In this document: one piece after another, positions 45,287-52,347 of the stretch | How the letters are laid out: the number at the start of each line of letters is the position of its first letter | Numbering within the stretch: the first letter of the stretch is position 1 | The notes under the pieces: model-generated | Seen by the model: only the letters and a program-made list of their open reading frames with translations | What the model was told of the DNA's origin: nothing | Databases searched by the model: none | IMG/VR virus record: IMGVR_UViG_3300020039_000013 | DNA length: 52,347 nucleotides | Strand: one strand, 5' to 3' | From: a virus | Translations under genes and position numbers: made by a program

Positions 45287-45580
45287 AAACGCAAAATCAC
45301 GTTTTTAAGTGGGCATTTTGAGAAAAAATCAAGGAATTTGCCCCGATAAAACGTAAATAGTTTCTTCTAAAGTGCAAATATGGCACTTAAAAAGAAAGAT
45401 TTTGCACTTTGAAATGTAGTTAAATTCTCTCCACGAATTACAGCAAAAGTGTAATTGGTGGAGAAAAAACGTATCTTTTCTTCTACCGAGTGCGCATTAG
45501 GTGGAAGTTTAGAGACCCCGTAGTAAATCTGTCTGCTACGGGCTTACCCCCAACAATTAGGGGAGAAAGGAAAATTAAAT

Positions 45581-46414
45581 ATGGACTCCGAAAACATGGT
45601 TATGCCTGTCGCTCCCGCTTATGGCGGTGGCTATGGCAACGGCGGCTTCGGTGGCTTTGGCGGCGACTGGGGTTGGATCATTCTTCTCCTGCTGTGCGCT
45701 AACGGCGGCTGGGGCGGTTTTGGTGGCTTCGGTGGCATGGGCGGAATGATGGGCCTCGGCTTTGACTTCCCCTGGCTGCTCAACGGTCAGCAGAACGTGT
45801 CGAACAACGTCTCTGACGGCTTCCGGGACGCTCAGCTTCACGACAGCGTGACCTCCGTGCGTGACGGCGTAAGCAATCTGGCTACACAGCTCTGCGGTTG
45901 CTGCGGCGACATTCAGAACACCCTTTGCAGCGGATTCGCTGGCGTGACCGCTTCTGTAAACGGCGCTCAGAACGCCATTGCACAGCAGCTCTATTCCAAC
46001 GAGATCGCTTCTCTGAACCGTAGCTTTGCCGAGCAGACCGCTAATACTGCTGGCTTCACCGCCACCAACACCGGGATTGCCGACCTCAAGTACACCATTG
46101 CAAGTGAGGCTTGTGCGGATCGTGCCGCCGTGACGGCTGGCATTCAGACTGTTCTGGATAAGCTGTGCGCTCTGGAACTGGATTCTGCCAAGCGTGAAGC
46201 CGCTGATCTCCGTCAGCAGTTGAACATGGCCCAGCTTGCGGCTTCTCAGACCGCTCAAAATGCGTTTATCTCCCAGGGCTTTGCAAACGAGGTTGACGCT
46301 CTGTACAACCGTCTGAACTCCTGCCCTGTGCCTACCACTCCTGTCTATGGACGCACTCCCATCTTCACCTGCAACAGCGGGTGCGGATGCAGCGGCAACG
46401 GCTTTGTGAACTGA
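45581..46414 (+). CDS. Gly-rich, membrane-spanning, Cys-rich protein of unknown function
   Basis: GGGYGNGGFGGFGGDWGW, TM helix IILLLLCA, second Gly-rich block, then a Q/N/A/S/T-rich region with CGCCG and a C-terminal CNSGCGCSGNG. Confidence 0.65.
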   Translation: MDSENMVMPVAPAYGGGYGNGGFGGFGGDWGWIILLLLCANGGWGGFGGFGGMGGMMGLGFDFPWLLNGQQNVSNNVSDGFRDAQLHDSVTSVRDGVSNLATQLCGCCGDIQNTLCSGFAGVTASVNGAQNAIAQQLYSNEIASLNRSFAEQTANTAGFTATNTGIADLKYTIASEACADRAAVTAGIQTVLDKLCALELDSAKREAADLRQQLNMAQLAASQTAQNAFISQGFANEVDALYNRLNSCPVPTTPVYGRTPIFTCNSGCGCSGNGFVN

Positions 46415-46424
46415 GGTAACTGCC

Positions 46425-46877
46425 ATGGCAAAGGTTCTTACGACTACCGATCAGAATGTGGCTCTTAATGGCACCATTCCGTTCGACTATGTATCTATCC
46501 CGTGCAACAAAGGCTGTGTTGTGCCTATTACAACCGGGGTTCTATCTTTGCGCGGCGGTTCCAATCAGCCCGCACGGTATGAGGTGAAACTTCAATCGAA
46601 CGTGGCTGTCCCCGAAGGTGGGGCTGTGACCCCTCTGGCTTTGGCAATCACGTTGAACGGCGTTGCGATCCCCGACAGCGTGGCGATTATTACCCCTGCT
46701 GCGGCAGAGGACGTATGGCACATTAACACGTCTACAACGATCAATGTACCTTGTAATTGCTGCGTGTCTGTGTCTGCCGCCTATGTTGACGCTACAGAAG
46801 ATGACGCGACGGTTACGCCTACGCCGTCTATTTTCGTGAGACGCAGAGCTTCGCTTGAAGCTATCCGCGTAGCCTAA
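46425..46877 (+). CDS. Beta-rich 150-aa protein with CNKGC and CNCC motifs, unknown function
   Basis: ORF track, RBS, 10-nt spacing from the upstream gene. Confidence 0.6.
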   Translation: MAKVLTTTDQNVALNGTIPFDYVSIPCNKGCVVPITTGVLSLRGGSNQPARYEVKLQSNVAVPEGGAVTPLALAITLNGVAIPDSVAIITPAAAEDVWHINTSTTINVPCNCCVSVSAAYVDATEDDATVTPTPSIFVRRRASLEAIRVA

Positions 46878-46894
46878 CGGGAAGGAGGACGAAT

Positions 46895-47353
46895 ATGGAA
46901 CATCTTGAAGGAATCCTTAAACTGGCCGATAACGAGCTGGAAAGCATTTTAAAAAATGGCAAATTCCGCTCCCGCGAGGAAATTGAGAGCGTCGGAGAGC
47001 TCATCGACATGGCGAAAGACATCTACTGCATTTGGGAGTATGAGGACGGCGCTATGGAGGATGAAATGTCCTATGCTGACGGTATGAGCTATCAGCGGCG
47101 CGGTGGGAATCGTTCTTACCGTGGAGGCAGCTACGACGGAGGATCCTATGCTCGTGGGCGCAGAGGAAACGTAAAGCGCGACAGCATGGGCCGGTATGCC
47201 CGTGAGGGTGCTTATCGCGGCTCCTATCGCGGTTACGCCCGCGACGGAAAAGAAGAGTACATGGAACAACTGCGTGATATGATGGAGGATGCCCCGGATG
47301 AAAAGACCCGGCAGAGCATCCAGCGCATGATTACGCAGATGGAACAAGGCTGA
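46895..47353 (+). CDS. Protein with a central Arg/Gly/Tyr/Ser-rich low-complexity region flanked by helices
   Basis: Strong GAAGGAGG RBS. SYQRRGGNRSYRGGSYDGGSYARGRRGNVKRDSMGRYAREGAYRGSYRGYARDG. Confidence 0.65.
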   Translation: MEHLEGILKLADNELESILKNGKFRSREEIESVGELIDMAKDIYCIWEYEDGAMEDEMSYADGMSYQRRGGNRSYRGGSYDGGSYARGRRGNVKRDSMGRYAREGAYRGSYRGYARDGKEEYMEQLRDMMEDAPDEKTRQSIQRMITQMEQG

Positions 47354-47370
47354 CCCCTTGAAAAAGGGAG

Positions 47371-47402
47371 AGGGCGAGAGGATTATTCCTCCCGCCCTTT
47401 TA
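47371..47402 (+). terminator. Rho-independent terminator after the cargo cluster
   Basis: AGGGCGAGAGGA pairs with TCCTCCCGCCCT (one mismatch, TTAT loop), followed by TTT. Confidence 0.65.
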
Positions 47403-47405
47403 CAT

Positions 47406-47564
47406 TTATCTCATTTTCCTATATGCCGGGAACTTCAGTGTTTCCTCATGGATAGCAATACAAACGTCGCAAGGTGGAAAGTCAGGTAAACAATTACGAT
47501 GAATACAAGTATCGCAATCGTTTTTTCCCGTTAAAAATAAACTTTTAATCTTATCCGTATTCAT
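47406..47564 (-). CDS. Possible small Cys-rich ORF (52 aa)
   Basis: MNTDKIKSLFLTGKNDCDTCIHRNCLPDFPPCDVCIAIHEE... No good RBS. Confidence 0.25.
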   Translation of the reverse strand: MNTDKIKSLFLTGKNDCDTCIHRNCLPDFPPCDVCIAIHEETLKFPAYRKMR

Positions 47565-47609
47565 TTATCAACCGCATATACGATAAACACGGCACTTGTC
47601 AAGAACTTT

Positions 47610-47634
47610 TTGTAAACCACCGTGTAAACCATAG
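47610..47634 (+). repeat. Putative integrase arm-type site (left), tandem TGTAAACCA
   Basis: TTGTAAACCACCGTGTAAACCATAG. A near-identical copy lies at 47831-47854. Confidence 0.6.
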
Positions 47635-47745
47635 AAAGACTTTTTGTTGCTTTTTGCAACTTTTTACACTATCGCCCTGCAAAAAGAAAAAACCCTGCAA
47701 CCATTGAGATTACAGGATTTTTCCTTAATAACGCACCCTCGGTTT

Positions 47746-47788
47746 TGGTGGAGATAAGCGGGATCGAACCGCTGACCTCTTGAATGCC
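47746..47788 (-). other. attP core: 3' portion of a tRNA gene (T-arm, acceptor 3' strand, CCA)
   Basis: Minus strand reads ...AGGTCAGCGGTTCGATCCCGCTTATCTCCACCA. No complementary 5' acceptor strand or D-arm is present upstream. Confidence 0.65.
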
Positions 47789-47830
47789 ATTCATTAAGAA
47801 AGTGTTGATATTACAGTATTTTTTTAGCAT

Positions 47831-47854
47831 TTGTAAACCACTTGTAAACCATAG
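47831..47854 (+). repeat. Putative integrase arm-type site (right)
   Basis: TTGTAAACCACTTGTAAACCATAG, a direct repeat of 47610-47634. Confidence 0.6.
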
Positions 47855-47857
47855 CGG

Positions 47858-48985
47858 TCAAAGGGCGTTTGTGATTTTTTTCAAACCGTCAAGGTTGGCG
47901 TGTGTGTACTCCATCGTTTGGGATATGGACGCATGGCCGATCATGGCGGCTTTGTCTTTGTCCGAAATCTCAATGTCTTTCATCAAGGTCGCAAACGTAT
48001 GACGGCAACAATGGGGGACTTTTCGGACGATCCCTGCAGCATCCAACGCCGGATAATAAATCTCTTCCCGGAACTTTTTTGCCGATATTTTTTTGCCGTT
48101 TTCGGAAAAGATGTAACCGGGTTTAATATGCCGTTTTACCAAGGGCAATATTTTAGGGGATATGCCGACAAGCCTGTTTCGACCCGCGTCGGTTTTCAGA
48201 CCGCCGACAAAAAATGACCAGTCCTTTTCTTCGTGATAGTCATTTTCTGTCAGCCCTAAAAGCTCTTCCAAGCGAAAGCCGGTATAGCACAGGATTAGAA
48301 CAAGGTCGATGTGGTTTGCTTTATAATCGTAGTCCGGCGCGTTAACGATATCCCACATCTTCTTCAACTCTACATTTGAAAACGGCTCTCGTGGGTCTTG
48401 TCTTTCCCCGCGCGGCGTTAGGCCCTCCGCATAGTTTTTTTCTGCCAAATCGTTGGACATTGCCATGCGAAACAGCATTGTACCGAGGGCTTTCATATTT
48501 TCTTGTGTCCGCTTTCCCTTGCCACATTTGTCCATGCACTCTTGTAATGTGGCAGTTTTGATGTTTTTGACTTTGTAATACTGTATATCTTTATAATATT
48601 TCCACGCGGCCTTGTAGCAGTTCATTGTGGATTTGGAAACGTCATTTTCGTGCTGAGTGCTCCACTGCTTATAAAGGTCGATCAGGGGCATGTTTTTATT
48701 AACTGCACTTGTCCCGTCCGCTTTTGCCTGCAATATAGGTATGTAGGCCAGGGCGTCCCTTTTCGTCGGGAATCCCCCCTTTGAGACACGCTTTCTGATT
48801 GTTTTTTCTCCGTCATGATAAGTTGCCGCGTTGCATATCGCCGTCCACGTTTTTCCTCTTTTTATTGCCGTTCCCTGCCCGTTTCCGCGCTTTTTCTTTG
48901 TTGGCGTATAGTTGACCGCTCTGCCGCATTGGTAGCAAAAATTGGCGTCCTTTGGCAGCTCACAGCCGCATTTCTGACAGATCAT
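47858..48985 (-). CDS. int: Tyrosine integrase with an N-terminal zinc ribbon
   Basis: MICQKCGCELPKDANFCYQCG at the N-terminus. C-terminal catalytic region HCCRHTFATLM...IGHASISQTMEYTH. Confidence 0.9.
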   Translation of the reverse strand: MICQKCGCELPKDANFCYQCGRAVNYTPTKKKRGNGQGTAIKRGKTWTAICNAATYHDGEKTIRKRVSKGGFPTKRDALAYIPILQAKADGTSAVNKNMPLIDLYKQWSTQHENDVSKSTMNCYKAAWKYYKDIQYYKVKNIKTATLQECMDKCGKGKRTQENMKALGTMLFRMAMSNDLAEKNYAEGLTPRGERQDPREPFSNVELKKMWDIVNAPDYDYKANHIDLVLILCYTGFRLEELLGLTENDYHEEKDWSFFVGGLKTDAGRNRLVGISPKILPLVKRHIKPGYIFSENGKKISAKKFREEIYYPALDAAGIVRKVPHCCRHTFATLMKDIEISDKDKAAMIGHASISQTMEYTHANLDGLKKITNAL

Positions 48986-48991
48986 AATAAC

Positions 48992-49156
48992 TTATTGTAG
49001 GGATAAATCACTTACGGTGCTTTTCAACGATTTTATGCCATTTTTTTCGGAAATCAGTTTCTCCTTTTCGGCTTCCGGCAGCTCCTCAATCATCTTGGCT
49101 TGCTTTTTCAAGTCTTTCTCAAAAAGAATCTTCTGCATTCTTGCGAGTGTAAGCAT
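48992..49156 (-). CDS. Small helical hypothetical protein (54 aa)
   Basis: AGGAGGA RBS 8 nt upstream of the ATG. Located between the HNH gene and int. Confidence 0.5.
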   Translation of the reverse strand: MLTLARMQKILFEKDLKKQAKMIEELPEAEKEKLISEKNGIKSLKSTVSDLSLQ

Positions 49157-49171
49157 TTTCCTGTTCCTCCT

Positions 49172-49978
49172 TTAATCATCGTCTAATGCTGAATACATTT
49201 CAAGTTCATCAACAGAGTAAAGCGAATCTTCTGGATCGAATTTTGCGCTTTTCCCAAGGTTGCAGTCTTGGCAGAGCGTTCTTAGATTGCTTGGCGTGCT
49301 TTTTCCGCCCTTCGATACAGGCTTAATGTGGTCTACATGAAGTTTAACGCCGTCGTCTGCTCTGCGCCCACATATTACGCAACGAAACCCATCGCGTTTC
49401 ATAATGTCGTAGCGAAGAGACGGCGTGACCAGTTTTCTTTGCTCGGCAATATATTCATCTTTTCCGGGCATACGGCGCGTAGAAGCACCGCCCATAGCGT
49501 AACTGACCTCATCTAAGCAAGCGTTCGCAAATTCAACGGTTTCGTCATTAAAGACATGTTTTGTCAAATTTATATCTTCAAGAAATCTGCTGTATTCCTC
49601 TTGCTTAAACTTTTGGCTGTTGGCATAGGTAACTTTTATGTTCTTTATGGTTTTCTTTTTGTTTCGTTCTATTGAATTTCTAAGCATCCAATAAAACTCC
49701 TCGCTGTCGCGGAGGCTTTTTAGCGAAGACAACATTTCGCTAATATTTTGCTTGGCTTTTGCGCCAAACGCCTTTTTGTATGTAGTTCTGATGTTTTCGC
49801 CATGGTCAATCAAAGAGTTCCATGTGTTAACGAAATCTACAGCGGATTGCGCTTTCTGCAATCTTTCTGCTTCGATTGCTGCCATATCAATCAAGGCGTT
49901 GAACCTTTTTTTCTTTTGCTGGATTGCTTTTGAAAGTATAACTATTGAAAGAAAAATCAAAAGAGCAACTAAAATCAT
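49172..49978 (-). CDS. Membrane-anchored protein with a C-terminal HNH nuclease domain
   Basis: N-terminal TM helix MILVALLIFLSIVILS. C-terminal CVICGRR...HVDHIKPVSKGGKSTPSNLRTLCQDCNLGK. Confidence 0.75.
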   Translation of the reverse strand: MILVALLIFLSIVILSKAIQQKKKRFNALIDMAAIEAERLQKAQSAVDFVNTWNSLIDHGENIRTTYKKAFGAKAKQNISEMLSSLKSLRDSEEFYWMLRNSIERNKKKTIKNIKVTYANSQKFKQEEYSRFLEDINLTKHVFNDETVEFANACLDEVSYAMGGASTRRMPGKDEYIAEQRKLVTPSLRYDIMKRDGFRCVICGRRADDGVKLHVDHIKPVSKGGKSTPSNLRTLCQDCNLGKSAKFDPEDSLYSVDELEMYSALDDD

Positions 49979-50213
49979 TTTTCTCGCTCCATCTTTTCCT
50001 TTATGGCCTCAACGATAAATGCGTTGAGGCTTTTTCCTTTTGTCTTTGCAAACTCCTGAAAGTCCTGTTTATTGTACTTTTAGCTTGTTAAGCTAATTTT
50101 GAAATCGCGGTATATGACAAAATACTGCGGTCGGCTGTGCTAAGATGATGCGCGGGATTATTGTAAAGGTAAGGTGATAGCTTTGACGGAACGAGAAGAA
50201 TTAATACAAATTA

Positions 50214-50552
50214 TTAAGGATCACCCTGAGATTTGCGAGCCGCTATTTGAGCTTTTGCGGTCGATGCGAGCACAGACAACTCCTGATCGGTCAGAGACAA
50301 AACCAACCGAATAAGCTCTTGCTGCGCCTCTGTCAGCCCGTCACCATCGGTGGCGGGTATTTTTATTTCTTTAGTCAAATCTTCAATTTCGCAGCCAAAG
50401 TATGCAACCATTTTCATTAGGTTGGCGCGTCTTGGCGTTGTGCCATTTCCCCATCTTGATACTTCCGATCTGTGAAACCCCATTTCCAAAGCGGCAGTAG
50501 TTGGGCTTATGCCTTTTTTGTTGCATTGAAGCAAATAGTTATCGAAAAACAC
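50214..50552 (-). CDS. CI-like XRE-family HTH repressor
   Basis: GTG after GGGAGG. LLQCNKKGISPTTAALEMGFHRSEVSRWGNGTTPRRANLMKMVAYFG is an XRE-type HTH. Divergent from the Cro-like gene. Confidence 0.75.
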   Translation of the reverse strand: MFFDNYLLQCNKKGISPTTAALEMGFHRSEVSRWGNGTTPRRANLMKMVAYFGCEIEDLTKEIKIPATDGDGLTEAQQELIRLVLSLTDQELSVLASTAKAQIAARKSQGDP

Positions 50553-50588
50553 AAAAAACACCTCCCACAATTTGTGCGATTCGCCAAA

Positions 50589-50636
50589 GTGTAAACTTTT
50601 ACAATTTTTGGTGTTGACTGTTGCATAAGTTTACAC
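50589..50636. promoter_or_regulatory. Operator-like inverted repeat GTGTAAACTT / AAGTTTACAC bracketing the -35 and overlapping the spacer of the rightward promoter
   Basis: 10-nt arms at 50589-50598 and 50627-50636 are exact reverse complements. Confidence 0.55.
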
Positions 50637-50642
50637 TATAAT
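50614..50642 (+). promoter_or_regulatory. Rightward (early, PR-like) sigma-70 promoter
   Basis: TTGACT 50614-50619, 17 nt, TATAAT 50637-50642. Confidence 0.7.
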
Positions 50643-50861
50643 GGCCTTGTCGATTGAAAAAGCGCAAAGAAAACCAAGCCCCGGCCATTGGCCCGTGCGA
50701 AAAGATTATTCTATTGCGTCGCAAGCAAAGAATAGCATACTTTGTGAACTTTTGCAACCGATATTTTGACAGCGGCGTTGAAAAACGCTAAAAACTTTCG
50801 GGAAAAAACCGTTAGGAGATGGAAAGAGCGCCCCTGCTGTCACAGGAACGCTCCCCCGGAT

Positions 50862-50972
50862 TCACCGTGGCGTATGCCGCCGATGGGCTTTGGCCGGCTT
50901 CCCGTTGCGCTGATACCGTTTGACTTTAACAGTCATCGGCTCGCGTCTTTTGGGTTTACAGGTTTCTGCCAT
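50862..50972 (-). CDS. Possible very basic 36-aa peptide
   Basis: AAGGTGAAG RBS. MAETCKPKRREPMTVKVKRYQRNGKPAKAHRRHTPR. Confidence 0.3.
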   Translation of the reverse strand: MAETCKPKRREPMTVKVKRYQRNGKPAKAHRRHTPR

Positions 50973-51093
50973 TGCTTCACCTTTTTCCGCCAATCGTAAC
51001 CGAAAGAAAGCGAAACAAAATCCAATTGTATTTTATTGTATTTTAACGAAATATCACGCCGCTGTCAACTTTTATAACGCATGGAGGTGAACA

Positions 51094-51294
51094 ATGAGAG
51101 AAAAATGGACTGGCGATCTCATCGGCAGGATGCACAACGCGGATGTTACGTTTGACGAGCTGGGAGCGGAACTTGGATGGGGCAAGTCTTATATCAGCAT
51201 GATTTTGAATGGGACTCGCAATCCGAACGGCGCACAGGAGAAAATGGAAGCCGCGTTTGAGGCCATCGTCGAAAGAAAAAGGAAGGAGGAATAA
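51094..51294 (+). CDS. Cro-like small HTH protein
   Basis: GGAGGTG RBS. VTFDELGAELGWGKSYISMILNGTRNP is HTH-like. Divergent from the repressor. Confidence 0.6.
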   Translation: MREKWTGDLIGRMHNADVTFDELGAELGWGKSYISMILNGTRNPNGAQEKMEAAFEAIVERKRKEE

Positions 51295-51336
51295 CGGACG
51301 GCAGATTTTATTCTGACGCGAAAAAGCAGGAAGTAT

Positions 51337-51492
51337 TTGCAGAAAACACCGCATCCAAAAATCAGCGTGTCGGATGGAACCTGCCGCCGATTGCAGGAAG
51401 TGGCGTTGGAGGCCGGACAGAGCATATCGGCCATTGCAAATCAGGCGATAACACATGCTCTGAATGAACTGAAATGGGTGGAAGAAGAATAG
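51337..51492 (+). CDS. Possible ribbon-helix-helix protein; start uncertain (TTG)
   Basis: PKISVSDGTCRRLQEVALEAGQSISAIANQAITHALNEL resembles RHH. No ATG in frame. Confidence 0.35.
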   Translation: MQKTPHPKISVSDGTCRRLQEVALEAGQSISAIANQAITHALNELKWVEEE

Positions 51493-51516
51493 CAAAAAAG
51501 GAGGAGCGAAAAAACA

Positions 51517-51765
51517 ATGATTACCCAAATTGACCGTAGCGATATTCCCGGACGTGCCTGCGTGTACAACAATATGGCGTCGCGGGAAGTAGAAGATTTT
51601 GTTGCAACCGGCTGGGACGCCTGCGAAGTAAAAGCCGGAAAATATAAAAACATACACAGCGCTGTGGCGGCATACAGAAGCGCCATCAAAAAATTGCGCG
51701 TCGGTGTGACCGCGTTTGAACGGTCTGAACGGCTGTTTCTGGTAAAGGACAGGGCCGGGGAATGA
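51517..51765 (+). CDS. Hypothetical protein
   Basis: ORF track, AAAGGAGGAG RBS. Confidence 0.55.
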   Translation: MITQIDRSDIPGRACVYNNMASREVEDFVATGWDACEVKAGKYKNIHSAVAAYRSAIKKLRVGVTAFERSERLFLVKDRAGE

Positions 51766-52347
51766 GCGAAGAAATCATTAAGTCCTACAAGGGCTTTGAC
51801 AAGAATCTGAAATGCCATGGAGGGTTTCAGTACGAGATCGGCAAGGAGTATGAAATGGAGGGGCTGATTGAAGCGTGTAACCGGGGTTTCCACGCTTGCG
51901 AAGCTCCGCTGGACGTATTCAAATACTTCCCGCCCACGAAGAGCCGCTATTGTGAAGTAAAGCAGTCCGGCGTGTTTTCACGGGATAACAATGACACCAA
52001 GGTTGCCAGCAGCAAAATCAAGATTGGCGCAGAGATCGGTATTCCTGGTTTGGTTAAAGCGCAAATTAAATGGACGCGGGAGAAATCTGGTAGAGAAGGT
52101 AATCCCACGTCCGGCTCCGGGTCGAGTGCCGCAACGTCCGGCTTTAGGTCGAGTGCCGCAACGTCCGGCTCCGGGTCGAGTGCCGCAACGTCCGGCTCCG
52201 GGTCGAGTGCCGCAACGTCCGGCGACTGGTCGAGTGCCGCAACGTCCGGCGACTGGTCGAGTGCCGCAACGTCCGGCTTTAGGTCGAGTGCCGCAACGTC
52301 CGGCGACTGGTCGAGTGCCGCAACGTCCGGCGACTGGTCGAGTGCCG
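51762..52347 (+). CDS. 5' portion of the tandem-repeat protein. Its N-domain is paralogous to 2722..3552, followed by 9-aa repeats. The ORF runs off the window and continues at 1..372.
   Basis: ATGA overlap start. SYKGFDKNLKCHGGFQYEIGKEYE...CNRGFHAC aligns with the 2722 gene. No stop before the window end. Confidence 0.8.
   Translation, partial: MSEEIIKSYKGFDKNLKCHGGFQYEIGKEYEMEGLIEACNRGFHACEAPLDVFKYFPPTKSRYCEVKQSGVFSRDNNDTKVASSKIKIGAEIGIPGLVKAQIKWTREKSGREGNPTSGSGSSAATSGFRSSAATSGSGSSAATSGSGSSAATSGDWSSAATSGDWSSAATSGFRSSAATSGDWSSAATSGDWSSA
52107..52347 (+). repeat. 27-nt tandem repeat array (about 9 units), continues at 1..171
   Basis: acgtccggcNNNNNNtcgagtgccgca units encoding TSGxxSSAA, with xx = SG, FR, SG, SG, DW, DW, FR, DW, DW. 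Confidence 0.95.

Noticed and set aside
47746-47830. Complete tRNA gene on the minus strand
   Set aside because: Only the T-arm, acceptor 3' strand and CCA are recognisable. The sequence where the 5' acceptor strand, D-arm and anticodon stem should be does not pair. It is interpreted as the attP core, not a gene.
50178-50306. 42-codon + strand ORF (TTG start after AAGGTAAGGTGA) antisense to the 3' end of the repressor gene
   Set aside because: It is short and fully antisense to a well-supported gene, and I recognise no family for it. It is noted only as a possible antisense element.
50641-50766. 41-codon + strand ORF starting at ATG 50641
   Set aside because: The ATG overlaps the -10 hexamer of the promoter that would have to transcribe it, so it would not be in the mRNA. 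It has no RBS.

Overview
The window reads as a complete or nearly complete temperate siphovirus-type phage genome of about 52.3 kb. Gene content and RBS style suggest a Firmicutes/Clostridia host. No flanking host genes are visible. The two window ends fall inside one tandem-repeat gene, and the reading frame is continuous if the ends are joined with a 1-nt overlap. The sequence is therefore most likely circular or circularly permuted. Module order on the + strand unless noted: Cro-like and early genes (51094 across the junction to about 7800); decayed and rearranged DNA-methyltransferase genes interleaved with a RecE-like exonuclease / annealing protein / SSB module (7835-14505); a DUF927-type helicase with an iteron-rich putative origin (14970-17145); an SPFH-family gene; a 650-nt repeat-dense non-coding island; a minus-strand accessory operon (20961-23000); terS/terL, portal, head, tail and lysis genes (23378-43993); an insulated cargo cluster of low-complexity, Cys-rich proteins (44079-47353); attP carrying a tRNA 3' fragment with arm repeats; and minus-strand integrase, a membrane-anchored HNH protein and a CI-like repressor (47858-50552). 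The leads that most deserve follow-up are these. A long out-of-frame ORF lies inside the C5-methyltransferase frame and looks like a real protein family. The C5-MTase motif order is permuted (IX-X-I-II at ORF C-termini, twice). Poly-G tracts coincide with frame breaks. Two paralogous proteins share an N-domain but carry different solenoid-type tandem repeats. There is a cargo cluster next to attP and a TM-HNH candidate defence gene. All functional calls rest on motif recognition by eye. No database search was possible, so family names are provisional.
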